Assembly: GCA_902529885.1 (NCBI GenBank)
Contig: CABZYC010000001.1
Coordinates: forward strand, 25,719 to 89,718
Source: an uncultured Candidatus Woesearchaeota archaeon
GTDB lineage: Archaea; Nanobdellota; Nanobdellia; Woesearchaeales; GW2011-AR9
Length of the DNA stretch: 64,000 nt
Direction of reading: 5' to 3'
In this document: in pieces, positions 60,079 to 64,000 of the stretch
Position numbering within the stretch: position 1 is the stretch's first letter
How the letters are laid out: every line of letters starts with the position of its first letter
Notes under the pieces: model-generated
Seen by the model: the letters and a program-made list of their open reading frames with translations, nothing else
Told to the model about the DNA's origin: nothing
Databases searched by the model: none
Made by a program: the position numbers and the translations under genes

Positions 60079-60866
60079 TATTCATTCATGGAAGCTTTTC
60101 CACGTTTAATTGAGTAAACAGAAAGTTTATCTTGAAATTTTAGCATGATATCCTCTAAACTAACATACTGTTTTTCAGCAGCTTTAATAGTAGAATCTTC
60201 AATCTCAAACCGGTATGACCCAGCACCAAGATAACGTACAGATATAGTTTTACTAATTTGTTCTATATCAAGAAGAGCTTGCTGTACACGTTCAACACCA
60301 TCATTATGATAAGTACGCATCATAATCTTTCCTGTCAAGATTGCTTTTGGCGGTAAAAACTTTTCTTTACACGCTTTTACAATAACCTTAGAATAATCGT
60401 CAGGAAGCCCTAATTTTTTAGCAGTTATTTGACCTGTACTAAGTTCTCGAAAAGCAAGATAAACATAATCATACTTTTTCAAAATGATAGGGGCAAGAAG
60501 ATTATACAAGTCCTCAAACTTAACATCTTCACGTACAGAGATTTGTTTTATAAAATTCTCAGCCTTCATCTCTTGCTTGATATTACCTAACTTTTCTTGT
60601 TTTTGATGAGAGTTTACCCGACGAAGACTTAAATCAATGTGGCCCCTATTATTATCTAAACGAAGTACCTTACATACTAATTGTCGACCAACACTAACAT
60701 AATCACGTATGTTTCTAATACGACCAGGACTTACTTCAGAAATGTGTATCATACCCTGGGTATCGTATTCTAATAAATCAACAAACACGCTGTTTGGAAA
60801 GATCTTTGTAACTTTACAAAGAACAATATCATCTTCTTCCAAAGCAGTCTGTTTACGATATAACAT
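60078..60866 (-). CDS. eif2a: Translation initiation factor 2 alpha subunit
   Basis: 262 aa with an N-terminal S1 domain (DIVLCKVTKIFPNSVFVDLLEYDTQGMIHISEV). Confidence 0.9.
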   Translation of the reverse strand: MLYRKQTALEEDDIVLCKVTKIFPNSVFVDLLEYDTQGMIHISEVSPGRIRNIRDYVSVGRQLVCKVLRLDNNRGHIDLSLRRVNSHQKQEKLGNIKQEMKAENFIKQISVREDVKFEDLYNLLAPIILKKYDYVYLAFRELSTGQITAKKLGLPDDYSKVIVKACKEKFLPPKAILTGKIMMRTYHNDGVERVQQALLDIEQISKTISVRYLGAGSYRFEIEDSTIKAAEKQYVSLEDIMLKFQDKLSVYSIKRGKASMNE

Positions 60867-61031
60867 TTATCCTAAAATCTCAAGTTCTACCGCATTAACT
60901 TTTGCAATACCACCGTTAGGGGTCGCAAGCTCATTGTTACAAACTAAACAGTTAACAACACTACTAGGTTTAGAAAAAATGACCTGTTCATTTTTACAAC
61001 CTTCACACCGATATTTAATAAAAGAACTCAT
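60867..61031 (-). CDS. rps27e: 30S ribosomal protein S27e
   Basis: Hand-translated 54 aa: MSSFIKYRCEGCKNEQVIFSKPSSVVNCLVCNNELATPNGGIAKVNAVELEILG, with a C4 zinc finger and GG(K/I)A motif. Not in the ORF track because it is under 60 aa. Confidence 0.85.
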   Translation of the reverse strand: MSSFIKYRCEGCKNEQVIFSKPSSVVNCLVCNNELATPNGGIAKVNAVELEILG

Positions 61032-61339
61032 TGAATCTGTAACCTCTTATGACGTAATCCACCGTTCGCACGTGTGAACTGCTTTTTAGATTCTTGACAT
61101 TCAAAACGAATATCAAACTTTTTTGTAGATTTAACACCAGTACGTTTCCATTTACTTAACGCCTTCTTACTGTAACGTCCTAACGAACCTACACCACGCG
61201 CTACACCACGCTTACGTGCACGCACTTTACTTCCACGAGTTAATGAACTGGATTTCCTCTTTTTAACCTGGATAATTTTATGCTTCGTATGTTTACGAAG
61301 GATTGGATTATACCGCATTACAAATTTAGGTAGTTTCAT
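61028..61339 (-). CDS. rpl44e: 50S ribosomal protein L44e (eL42), zinc-knuckle cysteines replaced
   Basis: 103 aa: MKLPKFVMRYNPILRKHTKHKIIQVKKRK...KKFDIRFECQESKKQFTR aligns with L44e, but CPxC becomes NPIL and CxxCGK becomes CQESKK. Confidence 0.75.
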   Translation of the reverse strand: MKLPKFVMRYNPILRKHTKHKIIQVKKRKSSSLTRGSKVRARKRGVARGVGSLGRYSKKALSKWKRTGVKSTKKFDIRFECQESKKQFTRANGGLRHKRLQIQ

Positions 61340-61376
61340 GTAGCAAAATCATGCCAGCCTATTTATAAACTTTTGC

Positions 61377-61709
61377 TTACAAGAGAGCTAAATTAGCAGT
61401 AATTAGGTCAATTTCGTCGTCGTCAGCAGGACCTATGCCCACAGCAGTCTTTGTGCCTGGCGCTACAACTGTATGCCCAGCATCAGTTATTAGAGATACA
61501 GGTAAGCCCTTATTTTTAGCTTTTTGAAATAAATGTACTAATTCACGTTCATCCTGAACTTTCAGAACTATTTTTGCTTGCCCTTGCATTCGCCATACAT
61601 TTAATTTGTCAGATTTTAATGCTGCCTCAACACTAGCGTGCGCTGCCTGAGCAGCAAGTTTACCCTTAGGTAACTTTAAATCATGACGGATCAGAATTAC
61701 TTGTTTCAT
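61377..61709 (-). CDS. pth2: Peptidyl-tRNA hydrolase, archaeal type (Pth2)
   Basis: 110 aa: KQVILIRHDLKLPKGKLAAQAAHASV matches the PTH2 family. Confidence 0.85.
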   Translation of the reverse strand: MKQVILIRHDLKLPKGKLAAQAAHASVEAALKSDKLNVWRMQGQAKIVLKVQDERELVHLFQKAKNKGLPVSLITDAGHTVVAPGTKTAVGIGPADDDEIDLITANLALL

Positions 61710-61733
61710 GGGACTAAAGAAAAATGTGCAAGC

Positions 61734-62501
61734 TTATAAGTTTTTCAACTTAGTAAGGTCTCGCGTAAATAAAGGTGCTTCCATCCAAACTGCGCTATCA
61801 AAATCAGGGTGCGTTGATTCAGGGGTTAAAAACACAAAAATACTATTATTATCAATCATACAATGACGACTTTCACCTTGTACTTTCGTATCAAAATTTG
61901 CAAAACCGTAATCTTTACGTAAACTTTCTTTTACATCAGTAGGAACATGTATACTTACTTTCACGCCACGTCCTGCAGCCTTCTTTAACTGATTATACAC
62001 AGTAGGCTTTTTTTGTTGTAACATGTCAACTGTTGTTTGAAGATGTATTGATTCTTCAGCATTTTTCACTAACATAGTCAAATGTTCAAACACCTTCTCA
62101 CGACCACGAAAACTTGCAGCACGGTCTGTTGGATCAATCAACTCAACACCTTTATTATGAAGTTGATCTAGTTCCCCAAGAACTTCACTTCCATGTAAAC
62201 CAGACAAATTATTACTACGTTCTTGTGCTTCTTCAACAATACGTTTACGAACACGTTCAACTACTTCTGCAGGTGGAACAGCTAAATACTTAATTGGTTT
62301 ACCCACTTTTACAACAATGAAACCTTTCTTTTCAAGTGTTTCAAGAACATCATATGTACGACTTCGAGGAACACCACTTAAATCAGAAAGTTCTCCTGCA
62401 CTACTAACCCCACGAGAAAGTAAAGCCAACCACAATTTACCTTCATAAGAGTTTAGTCCAAACTCTTTAATTTTGTTTAATAATAATTTGGATATCGCCA
62501 T
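61734..62501 (-). CDS. TrmB-family transcriptional regulator
   Basis: 255 aa with an N-terminal wHTH (SYEGKLWLALLSRGVSSAGELSDLSGVPRSRTYDVLETLEKKGFIV). Confidence 0.75.
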   Translation of the reverse strand: MAISKLLLNKIKEFGLNSYEGKLWLALLSRGVSSAGELSDLSGVPRSRTYDVLETLEKKGFIVVKVGKPIKYLAVPPAEVVERVRKRIVEEAQERSNNLSGLHGSEVLGELDQLHNKGVELIDPTDRAASFRGREKVFEHLTMLVKNAEESIHLQTTVDMLQQKKPTVYNQLKKAAGRGVKVSIHVPTDVKESLRKDYGFANFDTKVQGESRHCMIDNNSIFVFLTPESTHPDFDSAVWMEAPLFTRDLTKLKNL

Positions 62502-62549
62502 TTTGTAACTCAGGAGTAGTTATAACAAAGAATGCTTTAAAAAGCTTTG

Positions 62550-62843
62550 CTAGACTTCGTACGTTTCGTCCACGGTAAATAAACGGTCATCTGTTACTTT
62601 AAATAACCTAATCCGTGCCCCTGCATCTAACCAACCATGTGCATAATTTAGTGCGGCAAAAGCATTCACGTAATCTTTCTTATCCCTAAAAAAATAGGCA
62701 TCCGAATAGTATCGAGAAGCCATATCAAAAAAATCTTTTGCATGATCTAACCTTTTTTGGTCCATAGCGGGTTTAGCCATGTCTAATGCTTCTTTAGTAA
62801 TTAAAAAATATTTATCCAGTTTTTCGTCCGTGATTAAATTCAT
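62550..62843 (-). CDS. Conserved archaeal hypothetical protein (DUF357-like)
   Basis: 97 aa helical protein co-directional with rpoK; the start of rpoK overlaps its stop. Confidence 0.45.
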   Translation of the reverse strand: MNLITDEKLDKYFLITKEALDMAKPAMDQKRLDHAKDFFDMASRYYSDAYFFRDKKDYVNAFAALNYAHGWLDAGARIRLFKVTDDRLFTVDETYEV

Positions 62844-63025
62844 GGACGACGGACTGTGATCGGTAAAACATCTTCTTCAAACTCTCGCAGTGCAATACGT
62901 ATTGGATTATACTGTAAAGTTTCAAGTTCTTCAGTAGACAAGTCTAATAAGAACGGTGCACCCATAGATAACTGTAATGCACGTGAACCTATCATACGAG
63001 CTTTTTCATATTTAGTATACTTCAT
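62840..63025 (-). CDS. rpoK: DNA-directed RNA polymerase subunit K (Rpb6/omega)
   Basis: 61 aa: YEKARMIGSRALQLSMGAPFLLD...ITVRRP. Confidence 0.9.
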   Translation of the reverse strand: MKYTKYEKARMIGSRALQLSMGAPFLLDLSTEELETLQYNPIRIALREFEEDVLPITVRRP

Positions 63026-63807
63026 TTTTTCTCCATAATAACACGTAATTCACCAATTTTGGTTAAAGCTAAATCTACCATCTCAGATACTTCGTTCACA
63101 GACAAAGGTGCACTCCCACCTTTCTGTAATGCACTAATAATACCATCCTCGTCAGCCGCAACAGTTAACCTTGAATCAAAAGCTTCCTCTTCATCACGCG
63201 ACGGGTCAACCATTAATGCACCATTAATCTTATACACCGTGACCGATAAAGGTTGTTTTAATATTGGCAATTTGGTGTCAGTAGTACCTTTATAATCAAC
63301 AACACCTGTCGCCTCATCAAAAGGGCGTAAACGAGTTTCATTAAGTGCAACTAAGGATGCTAAACAAATAGCATCAAAAAGGTTACCAGCATCATTTATA
63401 GTTAAAATGTCAACAGAAATAAACCATGCAAGTTCACCTTTACGAATACAGAGTTTCTTAAAATCTATTGCTTTAGCTTCACGGATTGAACGGTCAGTCA
63501 CACGAGCTAGCTCTACTGCCTTTATACCAGGCGGACCAGGATCATAATCTGGACTGCTCAAAGGTAATAATTCAACATTAATCATGATACCACCTTCATT
63601 AGGTGTATCATTGTAAGGTTTTTCTAATGAAAGTTTTACACCGGCCATTACTATTGTGTCACCAATTTGTACTTTAGCACTACCTTCTGCAGTTTGACTT
63701 ACAGAAGTTTCAATAGTTACAGGCGAGCGATACTCCGAAAAACTCCTGGAATCAAGACGTTTACCTTGTTTTGCTAAATCTTTTACTGTTTGAATATTAC
63801 GTATCAT
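63022..63807 (-). CDS. rrp42: Exosome complex component Rrp42 (RNase PH-like, non-catalytic)
   Basis: 261 aa: YRSPVTIETSV..AEGSAKVQIGDTIVMAGVKLSLEKPYNDTPNEGGIMINVELLPLSS...DPGPPG..AVELARVTDRSIRE, collinear with archaeal Rrp42. Confidence 0.8.
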   Translation of the reverse strand: MIRNIQTVKDLAKQGKRLDSRSFSEYRSPVTIETSVSQTAEGSAKVQIGDTIVMAGVKLSLEKPYNDTPNEGGIMINVELLPLSSPDYDPGPPGIKAVELARVTDRSIREAKAIDFKKLCIRKGELAWFISVDILTINDAGNLFDAICLASLVALNETRLRPFDEATGVVDYKGTTDTKLPILKQPLSVTVYKINGALMVDPSRDEEEAFDSRLTVAADEDGIISALQKGGSAPLSVNEVSEMVDLALTKIGELRVIMEKK

Positions 63808-64000
63808 TATTGCACCATGAACCGTTTAGTTAAAGCTTCAACTTGTAAACAGTGTATTTCTTCAGTCACTTCAACTGCCATATCTAACGCAGTAATAAGG
63901 TCTTCTTTTTTAATTTCGCCATCCATTTGTAATAAAGAAATTTCTTTACTACCATGAATCACAGCAACAGGTATATCACTTACAATGGCATCATAGGCTT
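63807..64000 (-). CDS. rrp41: Exosome complex exonuclease Rrp41, C-terminal part (partial at window edge)
   Basis: The open frame reads ...MDGEIKKEDLITALDMAVEVTEEIHCLQVEALTKRFMVQ*. Its stop overlaps the rrp42 start (TAATG). Typical rrp41-rrp42 order. Confidence 0.6.
   Translation of the reverse strand, partial: AYDAIVSDIPVAVIHGSKEISLLQMDGEIKKEDLITALDMAVEVTEEIHCLQVEALTKRFMVQ

Noticed and set aside
60709-61077. 122-aa plus-strand ORF
   Set aside because: It lies opposite the S27e and L44e genes. The minus-strand products have clear ribosomal-protein signatures.
1-64000. CRISPR arrays, rRNA genes, IS elements/integrases
   Set aside because: No regularly spaced direct repeats, no rRNA-like conserved stretches, and no transposase or integrase signatures were seen.

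Overview
This is a gene-dense, AT-rich archaeal chromosomal window; GC looks mid-30s percent by eye and was not computed. The archaeal hallmarks are aIF2 alpha and gamma, TFB, Orc1/Cdc6, class I LysRS, GatD, RpoK, the Rrp41/Rrp42 exosome subunits, Nop10, LSm, a PAC2 homologue, and the r-proteins S17e, S27e, L37e, L44e, L10e, L1, P0 and P1. The compact gene content, bacterial-type genes, large adhesin-like surface proteins and a fragmentary helicase fit a small-genome DPANN-like archaeon. That placement is an inference, not something the sequence proves. I call about 70 CDS and 7 tRNAs: Phe-GAA, Gln-TTG, Arg-TCG, Leu-TAG, Ile-GAT, Asn-GTT and Leu-GAG. None of the tRNAs has an intron; three encode CCA and four do not. 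I found no rRNA, no CRISPR array and no clear transposon.

Notable content, in window order:
- A FlaI/FlaJ-like type IV filament assembly pair with unusually long proteins.
- A class II B12-dependent RNR with an ATP cone.
- A three-gene operon built around a membrane-anchored PP2C phosphatase.
- orc1/cdc6 fused tail-to-head to serS.
- An XPD helicase.
- Cys-repeat and sequon-rich secreted proteins.
- A tandem pair of degenerate arginase-fold paralogues.
- tRNA-Arg, SRP54, LSm and L37e in a row, with LSm and L37e overlapping in an ATGA.
- A GT25 glycosyltransferase beside a tRNA-Leu.
- A Hel308-type helicase present only as its C-terminal half.
- Two tandem cadherin-like repeat surface proteins.
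- An RlmH-like methyltransferase.
- An HTH-PIN, Zn-ribbon, M50-protease cluster.
- An L1-P0-P1 cluster that has no L11 and directly abuts a bacterial-type grpE-dnaK-dnaJ operon. The operon has a divergent wHTH gene and palindromes in the shared intergenic region.
- A tandem degenerate HIT-like protein after tfb.
- The conserved L44e-S27e-aIF2alpha-Nop10 operon, followed by pth2, a TrmB regulator, DUF357, rpoK, rrp42 and a partial rrp41.

Several ORF-track N-termini run across tRNA genes or neighbouring genes. I corrected these to internal start codons. Two ribosomal genes shorter than the 60-aa track cutoff, L37e and S27e, were found by hand translation.
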